Assembly (NCBI GenBank): GCA_030704615.1
Contig: CM060731.1
Location: forward strand, 66,836,001-66,900,000
Direction: 5' to 3'
DNA length: 64,000 nt
Source: Takakia lepidozioides
Taxonomy: Eukaryota; Plantae; Bryophyta
Each line of letters opens with the position of its first letter. Positions within the stretch are counted from its first letter, which is position 1. Made by a program: the position numbers and the translations under genes. Positions 38,191-51,939 of this stretch are shown here, one piece after another. The notes beneath the pieces were generated by a model. The model had not been told where the DNA came from, made no database searches, and was given only the letters and a program-made list of their open reading frames with translations.

Positions 38191-39339
38191 GGTGGTAGCC
38201 TAATTGTCGTCCAGCCCGACACTGCACGGCTTGTCAACCACCGGATCTGCAGCCTGGCTCAGAAATCCCTCGCAGCACCCTGAAGCAGGCCACAGTGTCG
38301 ACACTGCAACGTGATCCAGTGAACTCTCTCCTTTCTCACTCCCCCCGCTCCGGCACAGTCTCCCAGGGTACCTGCTAACCCTACCCGGATCTTCTCAACA
38401 AAAACAACAATAACAACAATAACACCTCCAAACCAAGGCTTTTCCTCGCTTGCTTTCAATCCTCCCCCGACATCAAACCTCTGTAAAGCTCTGTAAAGCT
38501 CACGAAATCCAAGGCAGGGCCTGCACTAATTGAGGCTAGGGCGATGGTCTTGCCCTCTCTCGCTCGCTCTGTCTGCCTGCCTGCGCAAGGGGGGTGAGAG
38601 GAGGGGAGGGGGCGCGTGCCCGCGCTTTAGCCTAAACCGTGCGCCACTGGCTCCGCCTGCTTTCGCCACCTTTCGCCATACACTCATTTTCCCGAAATCG
38701 GCCTTAAACCCCTACTTCTCCACAGATTCAGAATTACTAACCTCTGGCTAATTGCCACGGCCACGTGGCGAAACTTGCTCATACTTCAATTTCCGCGGTT
38801 TTGATCTCGCACGCTTCCTACTTCAGCTGGGTGTGACCACTCCCGCGCGGCCACGTCATTGAAAAACTCTGATACTTGGACTTGTGATTTTGCAGCGCCC
38901 CTTACTAGCGACGATACTGATCTAATTAATTTTATTCGTTATTTGCTTATTTATCTGTTATATATGGCTTTTGTGGTACAATTACAGTCTAAGCTCGCAC
39001 CGAGGGGTTTTGTTTTGTCGGCATATTTGTCACATTCCCATTGGATGGGTGCCACCTATTGCCTACCACATTGTTCTAAGAGGTTCCAAAATGTTCAGAT
39101 AATCAATAGTATTTGAATAATTATTGTAAGTAATCGTATTGCTCATTGGGATCACATTTTTATTATCTCTAAGTTCACTAATTTTTAATTTTCCAATTTT
39201 CACAAGTATGGATATAGGTTGTAAGCTAAATTGTACGCTGGATAATTTTTTTTTGTTTTAAAGAAAGGGAAATTACCATTCAATAATCATCAATAAAATT
39301 CTAAGGGCTACCTCCCCTTTCTGCAGGAAAAAAAAAACG

Positions 39340-39525
39340 GGAGCTCACAAATCAGGCTCCATAAGTATATCCTCTTTCTAAATTCTAACCTTGCAATGAG
39401 GCGGTAACAAGACTCATGGGACTGCCCCAGGGAAGGGGAGAAGAGCATACACACACGAGTCAGGGTAGCAGGATTTGAGCCCAGAATCACCTGGGTGGCA
39501 CTCAGTGCTCTATCCAACTGAGCGA
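39340..39525 (-). mobile_element. tRNA-derived SINE-like repeat, copy 1
   Basis: The minus strand reads GCTCAGTTGGATAGAGC (A box), an anticodon-like TGCCAC loop and GGCTCAAATCC (B box-like). The downstream body is shared with 49290-49480. Confidence 0.7.
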
Positions 39526-39980
39526 TTTTAATTTTTAAAAGCAGACAAAATAGTTTTGTTAGGTTTCCTTCCAAAAACAAATCAAAAAACAAAAATCAAA
39601 CAAAAAAACAAATATATTTTTTCTCTTTTCTCTTTTTTGTTTTGGAGAGATCACCAATTCTTACTGATTTAATGAGGGGAAAATAATACCCTCACACATA
39701 TCACAAGGAATCCAGATAGTATTTTATTGTTGTTTTAAATACTATATCAAAATATAGATAAAAAATTATTAAATATTATTATAAAGACATAGAAATAACA
39801 AATAACATTGTTTCTCCTAAAAGAAGCAAAACAATAAAGAAAAGAAGAGACTAACTTGTAAAAAGTGAGGAAAAACAAAAATAAATGCATGCAATTCATG
39901 CAAGCCCTGCCCTCTAGTAATGATGAATAGATAGTAAAAATCTGGAAGATCACACAGTGTTTATTAATAAATATCGCGAT

Positions 39981-40015
39981 AACAGGATTTGAGCCCTGAA
40001 TCACCCGGGTGGCAC
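39981..40015 (-). repeat. Partial SINE head, copy 2
   Basis: CAGGATTTGAGCCC.GAATCACC.GGGTGGCAC is nearly identical to 39469-39501. Confidence 0.65.
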
Positions 40016-40687
40016 CACGCAGGGTAATATCCTCATAAGCATGCACAAGAAGTTGAACTCTAGACCTAAAGACCATAACTGTTCATCCAGGGGATGTCAT
40101 TCATTAGAAATATGGACAGAATATTCTGGTGGCAACTGTCTCGATCGAATTGGAAGAGTAAATCGAAGAAAAAAGAAAAGAAAAGGGGTAAAGCGTCAAA
40201 AGCGGGGCTGAACCCTTTGCGTAGTCCTGCCTTGAGAAGGCAGGGCCAAAAAACAATTTTAAAATTTTTAAGAACATTTGTGTGGTGAATAGCCAGACTC
40301 CAGCATATGGATGATATTTATTTGCATCCATATTCCTGACTTTCATCTCGTGTCGTAGAGTACCTTGAATGAATTATTACGTGACGGGATGGATGACTGT
40401 TTGGCTAGGTCACAAGCTTGCTGGCTATACTGCCGCGTGGCAGGACGGCACATCCATCGGTGAGACAGTTCATCCACATCAAGGCCTGGTGTCACCCTCT
40501 TTCCGAGCCTGATGCCTCAGGTTCGGAGAACAGGTGTGGGTCCGGGGCTAGCGCCATTGCGGGACGGAAGAAGACGAAGGGGAGGCCGGCCATGGAAGCT
40601 CTCTTGAAGATCTCTTGAGAGGTTTGTCGAGAGCTGCTGAGGCGGCCTGCATTGAAGGAGCAAGTGTGTGCAGAAGGTGCGAGAGAG

Positions 40688-42328
40688 ATGGCAGAAACAC
40701 TTGTTTTGAGGGGAACATTGAAGGGGCATGCAGGTTGGGTAACGGCAATCGCCTGCCCGCTTGATAACCCTGACCTAATCTTGTCTGCGTCAAGGGATAA
40801 GAGCATCATCGTGTGGAACCTGACGAGGGAGGAGGGGAATTATGGTACTGCGCGCCGCAGGCTAACGGGGCATGCACATTTTGTGCAGGATGTGGTGATC
40901 TCCTCCGACGGGCAGTTCGCGCTGTCTGGCTCCTGGGATGGAACACTGCGGTTGTGGGACCTGAACTCTGGAACTACCACCAGGCGCTTTGTGGGGCACA
41001 CTAAGGATGTTCTCAGTGTTGCGTTCTCAGTTGACAACCGTCAGATTGTGTCTGGCTCGCGGGACAAGACCATTAAGCTGTGGAACACTCTGGGAGAGTG
41101 CAAGTATACCATCCAGGATTCGGATGCACATACCGGCTGGGTCAGCTGCGTGCGCTTCTCGCCTGTGACAGCTAACCCGATTATCGTCTCGGGGGGTTGG
41201 GATAAGGTGGTGAAGGTGTGGAACTTGACCAACTGCAAGATTCGCACCAGCCTTGTTGGCCACACTGGCTACATTAACACTGTCACAGTGTCGCCGGATG
41301 GATCCCTGTGTGCCAGTGGCGGCAAGGACGGAGTTGCAATGCTGTGGGATCTGGCAGAAGGAAAGCGGTTGTACTCGTTGGATGCTGGGGACATCATCCA
41401 TGCTCTCTGCTTCAGCCCCAACCGATACTGGTTGTGCGCAGCCACGCAAACGTGCATTAAAATTTGGGACCTTGAGAGCAAGAGCATCGTGGACGAGTTG
41501 CGACCGGATTTCCAGGTCGTCAGCAAGAAGGCTCAGGTGGGTCATCTTCACATGACAACGAGTCATGGCCATATGATAATTCTTCTTGTGTGTTTGAATT
41601 AGCAATCTATCAATGATGTAATCGTAGACAACCATCAAAGTGAAGGGCTTATATGAGTGTGGTGAACCTTTGACATGCATGTGTGGAGTCTGTGCCGGAT
41701 ATCTTTGCACTGTCATTTTATCAGGTTAAGTAGACTTTGGCAGTATTTTTCAACGGAAGGGGTAGTAGCATAGTTCGTTTCAATGCCTGTGTTCTCCTAT
41801 GGCACATGAGTTAACTATTTCGAGGGTTTTAGCATAGTTCTGTAAGGTTTGTTGTATGAATGTTGCAATAGCACTCATCCATACTGGAGGCCGGTCATAG
41901 CAGCCATAACCTGCTCATACTCTGGTATGACTACTAGCTTGTTTTGTTTTTGTCTCTTGGCTCCTATTCTGGAAGTCTTTTGCTACCTTCCTCCCCCTGT
42001 ATCAAATTCTACCAGCTGTGAAATTGTTCTGGGAGTTCATGACTATTTGTAGGTCCCATCCCTTCTTGTCAGAAAGAGGCTGCCATGACTTCTACCTTCA
42101 TCAGTCTAGAGTGGTGAAATCAGTCATGATTTAGTCTGCTGCCATCACTCTCCAAGGTTCTGAAAATATTCAGGCAGACATAAGTTTTAGAGAAAGTATT
42201 TGAATGAGTGCTTGTGTGGCTTGCAGATCCCATACTGCATCAGCCTGAGTTGGAGTGCAGATGGAAGCACACTTTACAGTGGCTACACAGATGGTAACAT
42301 CCGAGTGTGGGGAGTGGGTCGGGCATGA
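40688..42328 (+). CDS. RACK1: Receptor for activated C kinase 1 (WD40, 40S ribosome-associated), 316 aa, two exons (40688-41536, 42227-42328)
   Basis: [62 protein letters not shown] intron joins in frame to [33 protein letters not shown]. Confidence 0.98.
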
Positions 42329-42342
42329 GAGGGTCTCTCTTT

Positions 42343-43383
42343 CAGTTGGGGAACTTTAGTTGCTAACTTTCATAGCAGCTCAGTTCGGGAGGTGATGCCT
42401 AGCCTGTGCAGAAGAGGGAGAGGGAAATGTATGGTGGGTCTAATTATCGTAAGACAAGGAAAACTCTGATTGTGAAATTTGCTTGGCCATTCGAGAGATT
42501 GCCAAAAGTCATGTTATAGGCCCGTTTGTGGTTTAGGCAGCTTTCTTCCAGTTGCGCTGATTTTGTTAGCTTGATTAGGCAATGGATGGAGGAGACTCCA
42601 TATGAGTGGCTTATGAGATTCTTTGGAAGCAGTTTACAGAGTTTAGAGTGAACAATTTCCAAACTGAAGAGGCTGAGTATTGATGCTCAGTTGGGGAACT
42701 TTAGTTGCTAACTTTCATAGCAGCTCAGTTCGGGAGGTGATGCCTAGCCTGTGCAGAAGAGGGAGAGGGAAAATGTATGGTGGGTCTAATTATCTTAAGA
42801 CAAGGAAAACTCTGATTGTGAAACTTGCTTGGCCATTCGAGAGATTGCCAAAAGTCATGTTATAGGCCCGTTTGTTCCGGGCATCGGCGAGGGAATGAAA
42901 AAACGAAAAAACGAAAAAAAAAAAAAAAAAAAAAAAAATCTTGTGTGGGATGGGCATCTGCAAAGAAAACATGCTCCGCAGATGCCCTGAAACAGTGTGT
43001 GGTGCCGCACACTGTTTTCCGGGCATCTGCCAGGCAAACGAAAAAACGAAAAAACGAAAAAACGAAAAAAACCAAAACAGAAAAAAAAACAACCTTGTGT
43101 GGGATGGGCATCTGCAGAGAAAACATGCTCCGCAGATGCCCTGCAACAGTGTGCAGTGTCTTGGGTAGTATCTTTTGGGATGTTTCAGAGGAATGTCAAG
43201 TATGTACAGTTGTACAGCGGTGCAGGTTTAGGCAGCTTTCTTCCAGTTGCGCTGATTTTGTTAGCTTGATTAGGCAATGGATGGAGGAGACTCCATATGA
43301 GTGGCTTATGAGATTCTTTGGAAGCAGTTTACAGAGTTTTAGAGTGAACAATTTCCAAACTGAAGAGGCTGAGTATTGATGCT
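42343..43383 (+). repeat. Tandem duplication of the RACK1 3' region; the second copy has an extra 349 bp (42876-43224)
   Basis: 42343-42687 is near-identical to 42688-42875 joined to 43225-43383. Confidence 0.9.
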
Positions 43384-45229
43384 TTAAAGTAAAGGCACAG
43401 GCTTCTGTGTGCCATTAGAAGAATTATTCGTATAATGTCAATGTCTGAAGTGATTTGATCAGAAAGATGTGAAGGCGGGTGCTAGTTGGCAAAGTATTGC
43501 GAGTCCCACTCCCACCTTAACCTGTCGCATCACTATCTCCTGCATGCCATCAGCTTATCTATGCTCAGCCACTAGCCGACTTAGTCTGTTTTGTGGCAGC
43601 GTTGCTGTCCGTTGAGGGGAGGGCAAGGTCGTAGTAATAAGCGAATTATTTTGGCCTTGTAAGTTATCATCCTTGGAAGTTATGTGCATTTTAATCTTGA
43701 CATGCTGGATTTGATCAAGATTGGTCTAGCATCAATCTGGGGCTGCACTCGTCGGCATATTTTCCAAAAGTATGAAGAGTTTCTCCTTATCTCCTCAGTC
43801 AAGCACTTGGACAACATCTATTGATGCTTCGCAGAGGGCCTTTGTGGGGTATACAAGAGATCAAGGCTTGGGTGAGATAATGGTGATCCAGGATTTATCT
43901 TTGGTAAACTTGAATTTTGTCCCTGCTACATATTTTTTCATTTTTATGTGAAGAAGTAAGATGCCACTACCTTTTCGAGTACAGTACATGTCTGATCGGT
44001 CCTGCAGCTGTGGGAAGCTTTTCGCTTTTCTGCAGCTTCTTCGAGCGTATGTTTGGCAGAGTGAGTCGTAAGCATGAACTTCTTGTCTGGGTATGTCTTG
44101 CAATTGTCACATTGGCAGTGTCACAATATCTTGACCCCTATGTGAGATTTTGCCACATTTACAATCCTTCCAACCAGCCCTGCCTCTCTGGGATCTAAAT
44201 ATCCCAAGCTACTCAAAAGACAGAATTATAGTCAGACCTGTCCTGTTTGTTTTCTTGAACTAGTAATCTATCAGCTGATTGTAGACTCAAGTTCCATGGA
44301 CAACCATCTAACTATAGTCACTGAGCTGCCTCTGGTAAGGTCTGTGACTTTGCTAATCAATTATGCCCTGTAATGTTCTAGAGGAGTTGATGTGTGTTTC
44401 CTCTTCTTGCCGGTTGAGGTGCCTAGAATCGTTGCTTGCAAAGAAATTTCAGTCTTCTACACTTGTAGGAGAGAAACTTTGGCAATGGTGTATAAATGTC
44501 CCTCAACCCAGTTGAGTATCACTCATCAGATCCCAAGACCGCACTACAGCGTATGTGCAGCTTGTACACCCATTTCATGATGCAACCTGGGAACGATTTG
44601 GCGGATTAAGGATTGTTTCAGAGTGCGGTCTTCTGGTATGTGAGGTGTTCTTGCATTTGCAGTGAATGATCAGGGCGGTCACTCTCAACCCTCCCAAGTA
44701 CTTACAAACTGAAGAAAGTTATCTTTCCGGCTTTGTTTTTCTTCTACGATTCAACCAATTGGGATTGCTTCTAATGTGCAATTGCGAAAGAAAGCAAATT
44801 CAGTAAAGTAAAAGAAATCTTTGGTATGAGAACAGAAATGAGATTCTACAGATGGATTGTGGTGTGATTACAAGTACAATTCACTTAGGAAGGGCCTTAG
44901 TGTAAACAGTCTTGTGACCATATGTTGTACTGTAGAACCTCCCCAAAAAGTAGAGAAAATTTTCTCTAGTTTCTAGTCTTAAATGATGCAGTGCACTGCA
45001 TCGGGAGTGAATGATAAACTTCTCTTCTTGACAGGGTTTGAAGTAGATGCAGAGTAAGAAGGCCATGACTCATAAGATGTCTGCTCACAGTGAAGGTGTT
45101 GTCCACTGTTCAATTGAGGAGGGAGGAGTCTATCGGTCTGACCACATTGCATACAGGACCAGAAAATCTATTTTGTCAAGATAGATACTCATGTCCCATA
45201 CTCCATCAATAACCTCCAATGTGTTCGTC

Positions 45230-45535
45230 GAGCAGTACATATCTACATCATGATGCAAAGATCAACACCCTGCTCAAGGTTGAAAATTAGTAAACGAACT
45301 TACCCAGTTTCAAACCCTAACCTAACAACTTCTAACAATTTCATTGTATACCAAACAAAACTTTGTATGCCCTTCAGATCGATGAGCACATATCTACATC
45401 ATGATGCAAAGATCAACACCCTACTCAAGGTTGAAAATTAGTAAAAGGACTTGCCCAGTTTCAAACACTTTTCACCAACCTAACTACTTTTAACGATTTC
45501 ATTATACATCAAACAAAACTTTGTATGCCATTCAG
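45230..45535. repeat. Two-copy ~150-bp tandem duplication downstream of the desaturase
   Basis: ACATATCTACATCATGATGCAAAGATCAACACCCT..AAACAAAACTTTGTATGCC occurs twice. Confidence 0.85.
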
Positions 45536-45690
45536 GACATGATTTCAAACAATCAAAGCATCGTCCACTTGTTGACTGCCATAAAGCTGCAGGGAAACTA
45601 TCCTGCAAACTTCCTGCAATCACCAGGTCTGATTATTCATCTCAAAGCCACCCAAGGACTTGATGCTTGGCAGGCAGTCAGACCACGATA

Positions 45691-48327
45691 CTAAGTGCTC
45701 TTAAAAGCTAATTTTTTCATGTGCTCTTGTCTTGGAAGCTTCACCTTGGTTGCTAACCCTACAGCTTCTAGACTGCGCACAATCCACCAGGTTGGGTCCA
45801 ACTGCCACCACTCCAGGCCATGGCGCGCTGAGTATTCAAAGGCATGGTGGTTATTATGCCACCCTTCTCCAAAAGCAAGCAATGCTACCCACCTGCCATT
45901 TACACACAAACATCTCAGAGAGCATACACATCAGACTTGTCATCACTACATAGTGGCTGCGCGTTGTAGGCTCCCAAAACACAATCCAAATTCCCTTTAG
46001 CACACAATCCACAACAGTTGGTCTACTAAACCTCCAGATCAAAACATAACAAGTTTCCATCATGGTACATTGAATTAATTCCCCAGAAATTCATACCCGC
46101 TGGACAAAACACTAGAAATGACAAATACCTCCATATGAAATCACAGTACAACTGCCATAACTGATCACCAATGTCCTAATCATCCTCCACTATATGCTAG
46201 AACACGAAGGTGGATCTTACTGTCAAGAGTCATCTGAAAAACCACGACATCACTTGAAACAATTATGCATATCTACAACTGCAGAATACTTTCAAGCTGA
46301 AACAGATCTCACCAGTTATTCCTGGATAGATCACCCGTGTTCCATTTCTGAGTACCCCAAACATGCGATGCGGAGTTCACAGCCCATGTGATGTGATAAA
46401 CCCACACTGTCCGTACAGCCTGACAAACCAAACAGCGGGACTGTTACCATCAGTTGTTCACCAATGAAGGAAGTTGCTTCAGTTTTCACAACAAAGAGGA
46501 AGATAAACAAGCACACAGCTTTTCTGGTTTACTGCCGTTTCACTTGCATGACTATGCCTTGCTCATAAAGACCTCATAGGTCTCTAAAAAATGCTCCTTA
46601 CAGTTGCAATCCATTGCAATTCCAACACCAAAGAGGCAAGGAAACATCATCACAAACATATGCTTCCTGTTCAATGCCATTTAGACCTCACTCTAGAGGC
46701 TTCTCTATGTATTCGGTACCGGTATGCCAGCCAAGTATCACAAGTACTGGAAAGAAAGAAGAGAGACATTGTCCAAATACATACCATGCCCCAAATAAGA
46801 TAAGGAAAGCCTCCGAGCGCATAGAGAGCCACAGCCATCATAATTGGGTGAATAGGATATGTCTTTCTAATGAACTTGTAAAAGGAATCTTGCTCCATAT
46901 CACCAATGTTGCTGCGAGCACCAACCTGCACACAGAGCGGCAACTGCGTGAGACTCAACACCACAAATGTATCTCATTCATCAATTATGCTCCAATATGG
47001 AGCTGAATCAATGGACTAGTACCCTAGTGCTTCATTTCAAACCTTGCAGCCCCAGGGTGCACTGCAGACAGAGAGGATGGGATGCAAACATGGTGCACAT
47101 CATGTCAATAGTCCAGCTTGATGCAGGCAGAGGATAGACATTCCGATACAGATTACGACATAAATGCAGCCTTGAACCTACCCTCTCATTTGTTGAGTCA
47201 TCATCAAGCAACCAGCCCATGTGGCTGTGCCAAAACCCTTCCAATGGAGTATGAGGATCCTTGTCGGTATCACAGTGCTGATGGTGATAGCGATGTGAGC
47301 TCACCCACTCCAATGGATCGCCCTACAACAAACACAACCACAGATCATTTATTAATGCTCTGGAATAATGCATAGAGCCCACCTACACACCCAGCCATTC
47401 ATTGTGTTCTGCTGCGTTTCATGTACATTCAGCTTCAAGAATTCTCCCTTACATTCCACAAAGTTCAAACACAAGTCACTTCTGCAGATCTAACCTAACG
47501 TTAACTCAACATGAACACAATACATTAGAGAGCCTATCACAGCACTGCCGCATCTGGGTGGACACACCATGATTTGAGAAGATTTTGGAAGGAAATTAAG
47601 AGGAGCTCAAACCTTCAGGACCTATATCTTCCTCCTAATCTGTGGAGTCAGCTAGGGATTAAACATAGCGCGAGATGATTACCTGGACGGCTTGCACGCC
47701 ACAGTATGCGAAGGTATATTCAAGCCATTTGGGGACCTTGAAGCTTTTGTGTGACAAGTTGCGGTGATAAGATAGAGTGATTCCTAACATGCCAGTGATG
47801 ACGTAGAGCCCCATGAACACGCCAAATGCACCCCATGAGAATGTGAACGGAGCCAATAGGCACAATCCATGCATGAAGAGCATGAATCCCCCATACGTCA
47901 AATCTTTTGCAGTCCATTTCCGGTTCAGAAAGTAAGGCCGTCTTTTCTTCACCACCACATCAGACAACCAAATGTTCCCACATCCTTCTGCGGTATCATC
48001 CACCTGCTCTTCTGCCTCTTTTATCACGCAAACCGCTCCCCCTCGCCGACGCACTCTGCTACTCCTCTTTACATCAATACAAGCCACAGACGCTCCAGCA
48101 AAAAACTCCTTCGAGAACTGGTTACTCACATCTCTGGCTGGTAACACGAGAGGTCTGATCACAGAACTAGCATTCGCAACCACACTCCCACTGCAACTCG
48201 AACTTGACCTGCATGTGACCCGGGCCAAGCATGGAAGACCACGCCCATTCCCTCCCTTCCTCGTTCCTATCCCACTAGAGCCAACCGAAACAGCCTGCAA
48301 ATTGCAAACACCGAGAGTGACTGCCAT
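45691..48327 (-). CDS. FAD5: Plastid acyl-lipid desaturase, ADS/FAD5 (delta-7/delta-9) type; exons 48327-47683, 47322-47182, 46925-46785, 46419-46313, 45892-45691
   Basis: His boxes YHRNLSHKSF, WVSSHRYHHQH and GEGWHNNHHAF. Long Ser/Arg-rich N-terminal transit-like peptide. In-frame GT..AG introns. Exact paralogue and regiospecificity cannot be determined. Confidence 0.9.
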
Positions 48328-49289
48328 CTCCAACCACGCTGGATTTACAATCCTCCGTCCTCCAGTTTCCGAATCCGATTGCACACATATACACCTCCTC
48401 TAAGCTTAAAGACCACACATCTTCCCACCGCCTCCGAGCACCACAGGCCTCCGCGGCCAGATCAGACGACAACCCAACTCGTCTACAATCTTCACAACAA
48501 CACCCTGACCGACTCCACCGCGAAATCTGATACTTGTCCAGTCGGTGCGGGCTCACGAAGGTACTACGCTGCTGCTGCTGCTGATGCAGCTATGGCGTCC
48601 GAGCTCCCCAGCACCTGTCGGAGAGAGACGACGCCCCTCTCCTTTCTTTTATTTATTTCTTATTTCCCCATACAATTATAAATCCAAAATTATTACAATT
48701 CCAACTTACTGTGGATGGATGCTCTGCAGTGGATGGAAAGTAACCGTCCCAAACATTCATTTGAAACGCCTACATGCATCCACACGTAAGCTTCATCCAT
48801 CAATCATCCGTCTAAAGGCTGTGGTCGAAAAGTGTAAATCCTGCTTCCCTCCCAAATTCGTGGCTCCGGTTTTGTTCCCTTTGTCTTTTACTAAATATAC
48901 CCACTTGTTCGTATCCCCTGCGTCGTAATTTTCTTTTCTTCTTTCATTTTCTTCTTCTTTTTTATTGTTTTCTTTTTCCTTTTTTCTCTATGATTTTTTG
49001 CCATTTTATTACTTTTTAAAGGAAATTTTGATACTTTTTCTTTTCTTTTTTTTACATATTTGATTCACTGTTCACTGTCCACTGTCCACTCCCATCTTTT
49101 TCTTTTCATTGTTTTTCTTAAAGAGCCGATGGTAGCCCTCAGAATTTTAATAATGAAGGGCGGAGGGACCCATCTTTTTTTTCTTTTCTAAAATTTTAAA
49201 GAGAAAAGGGGATAGTGGCCCATCTTTTTTTTCTTCTTAAAAATAAAAAACAATAAAAATTATAAAGAACCCTGTTGCTGGCCAGTCGG

Positions 49290-49480
49290 TAAGCTCAGTT
49301 GTGCACGGATTTGATTGATTATGGGTTCAAATCCTGCTACCTTGTCGGGTGTGGTATGATCTTTTCCCCCTTCCCTTGGGCCCCTGTTCCTTTGGCGGTT
49401 TGTGCTAGGAGCCTCAGCTTACTTTGAAAGAGGTTATTTTCTCTAAAAAAGGCATAAAGAAGGGGAGTGATTTGTGAGCG
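49290..49480 (+). mobile_element. tRNA-derived SINE-like repeat, copy 3
   Basis: GCTCAGTTG, GGTTCAAATCCTGCTACC, then CCCCTTCCCT.GGG, AAAGAGG and GATTTGTGAGC, as in copy 1. Confidence 0.65.
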
Positions 49481-50319
49481 GTAATAAGTTCCCTATATAA
49501 TAACACAATAATTTAAAAAATAGAAATATTATTATTATTATTACAATAAATTATATTTCATTATATTTATCTAGAAAATAGAGGTGCATGGATAAAGGGC
49601 CCAGCCTACAGGAGCAGCGCAATCTCACATATTGCGTCCCACCACAAACCACGTCCCAATCCACATTGCATTCCACGTCACTGGATTTTATGGATGAAAA
49701 GTGCACATGGAATGGGACCCGGAAAGTGCGCCGGGCCTCACGAGGGAGCGAGGAGGATAAAAGGAATGTGGTGACCATTCAAACGGCGCCACGTGGATCA
49801 AATCTGAATGGGGTTCATAAGCGCCACGGACCGGCGACATAGCCCAGCCAGTGACGCTCATTTTGTGGTGCGCGCGGCCACGCTATTGGGTGCCTGGATT
49901 TGCTTGGAGGCTAGCTTTACCGGGCGTTCCCGTCGACCTCGCTGGTAGCCACCTGCTATTTCCGGTGTGTGGTGGGCGACTTTTGTACACAAATATGTCT
50001 TTGTCTTTGTCTTTGTCGTTAAAAAAAACAAAAAAACAAAAAAAACAAAAAACAATTTGTTTTTTTTTTAAAGGTGAACAGGGGACTTGGCCCTGGATGA
50101 ACTTTATTAGATGATTATTGAATACAATTTCAATTTCAATTTCAATTTGTCTTCTTCAATTGTGCGGGTAAAATATTTACCCAATAAATAAGGGTGAAGG
50201 TAAATGGTTTACCTGGATGTTCCACTTCTCATCCATCCTTACCATACGGATGAGTACTTTTCATTTTTCCTTACCTTTACCCGAGTAAATTGTAAATCAT
50301 TTATATATATTCGTATATA

Positions 50320-51285
50320 CCAGTATTGGTCTGGTATATAGGTTGTACCAATGGTATCAAGTATCAACACTGGTATGAAAAAACTGAACTGGCTGGTAGG
50401 AAGAGTTACAATAATACCTGAGGAACCTACCTAGGCGACAGAAAAATATTCTAATACCACAGCCAATACCAAGTTTATACGTGTTGGGCGGCGGTTATTT
50501 GATTTCTTTCATAACCTCCGTTTCCGCGCTTTTCCGTATATTTATGGAAAGAACCACCGGATCCGGTTAATTGTATGAACCTCGAAGAACCGGTAGTTTT
50601 CATCAAATAACCGGCATGTCTTTGGCGGTTTTTGGAAGGTTGTCAGGCTAGTTATTTCAAAACTTTGTAACCGGCGGGTATGAGCCTTTGTCAGTTCTTT
50701 GTTTTCTTTGAGAACCGCGGTTATATATCCATATAACTTTCTTGATAACCTCCGGGGGTTTGTAGCGAATCAAAGAACCTCCCAACATAAACCACCTGAT
50801 TTTGCTTAGGTATAGTGTTGAGAATTTGACCCAGTTTGATTGGTATCAAAATCAGATTGTTTTTGAAATACTTAGAACCGGTTGGTATAAAAACTCTTGC
50901 TTGTACGAGCCTCCATCATGGCTTCTTAAGATCATTTTTATCCTCTTTGGGCTTTGTCCCCCTCTCAAATTTTTTTTCCCTTCAACAATCAAGTAATAAA
51001 GTTTCCAAGGCCACTGTCCAAGTGTTTTATATATATATATATATATTAGCCGCAAGGCGAAGTGGCTCTTAGTTACGCCGGCCTCGGCCGGAGTCTTCTC
51101 TCTCTATATATATATATATATAACATAATACTTAGATCTGGTTGGTATGTGAAAATGTAGTACCAAACGAGTGTTGGACCGGTATATATGGTCAGACCCG
51201 AGTATTCAGGAAAGGTAGAGTAATGGTATGAAGAACCATACCCCATTGGTATGAAAGAACATTATACCCCGGTGCATAACCTACG
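50320..51285. mobile_element. Cluster of decayed MITEs; an AACCG-type hAT MITE (~50481-50788) lies inside a GGTAT-type element
   Basis: GTGTTGGGCG(GCG)GTTATTTGA at 50481 and TCAAAGAACCTCCCAACA at 50770. CAGTATTGGTCTGGTATATAGG at 50321 and GAGTGTTGGACCGGTATATA at 51170. Confidence 0.6.
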
Positions 51286-51939
51286 GGGGTGGATATTGAG
51301 TTAAGGATTTGCTCATCGATACCATACCAGCCTAGGTTGTCGCTGTTGTTATACTGCCTGCGATACCATTATTGAGGGTTGCAAGCAACGATGGACCTCA
51401 GTATATATAAGTAGGGAGAGGACGTTAGTAAGGTTGAGCGCCCACGTTGCACAACAAACTCAAATGATTCGTTACTGCATCGAATTACGAGGATCTCCTT
51501 GGGCAGCCAGATTGCCCTCAAGTTTTAATGCGGTCCATTAGGACTTTTCTTGTTTTATTGTGATCGCCTTTGCAGCCTCTGGTTGGTGCTTCAGAAGCTT
51601 CAAAGAAGTTATACCATACCAATGTTCATATACCCCCAGTATGAATACCAAAAATTCAACACTAAATACCATACTCATATACTACCAAACAACATTGGTA
51701 TATACCATTTTAAAAAACAATAATAAACAGGGACAGTGGCCTTGGTAGAAACATTATTTGGGGATAAAAATTAAAACCCAATACCACACCATAAGGCACA
51801 CACACCGTAGTAAGTGATTAATCAAACGTGCCCTCTTGAACCATGACCGAACTTGGCCCGTGAAGCAGCATTATACTATAAGAGTTTTGACATTCTAATT
51901 ATGTCTTCAAAGGCGTGATTAACAAGTAATAGTAATTAC

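Noticed and set aside
39462-39525. Functional tRNA-Gly gene
   Set aside because: There is no pairing acceptor stem, the T-loop reads GCTC instead of GTTC, and the flanking body is shared with other degenerate copies.
41027-41716. 229-aa antisense ORF over RACK1 and similar antisense ORFs over gag-pol
   Set aside because: Shadow frames of GC-rich coding sequence with no motifs.
41537-42226. Intronic C/D snoRNA in RACK1, as in yeast and vertebrates
   Set aside because: TCAATGATGTAAT at ~41610 resembles a C-box start, but I found no recognisable guide sequence or correctly placed D box. An Rfam scan would settle it.
42790-43379. Lys-rich or Phe-rich ORFs
   Set aside because: Translation of poly(A)-rich repeat units in a duplicated 3' region.
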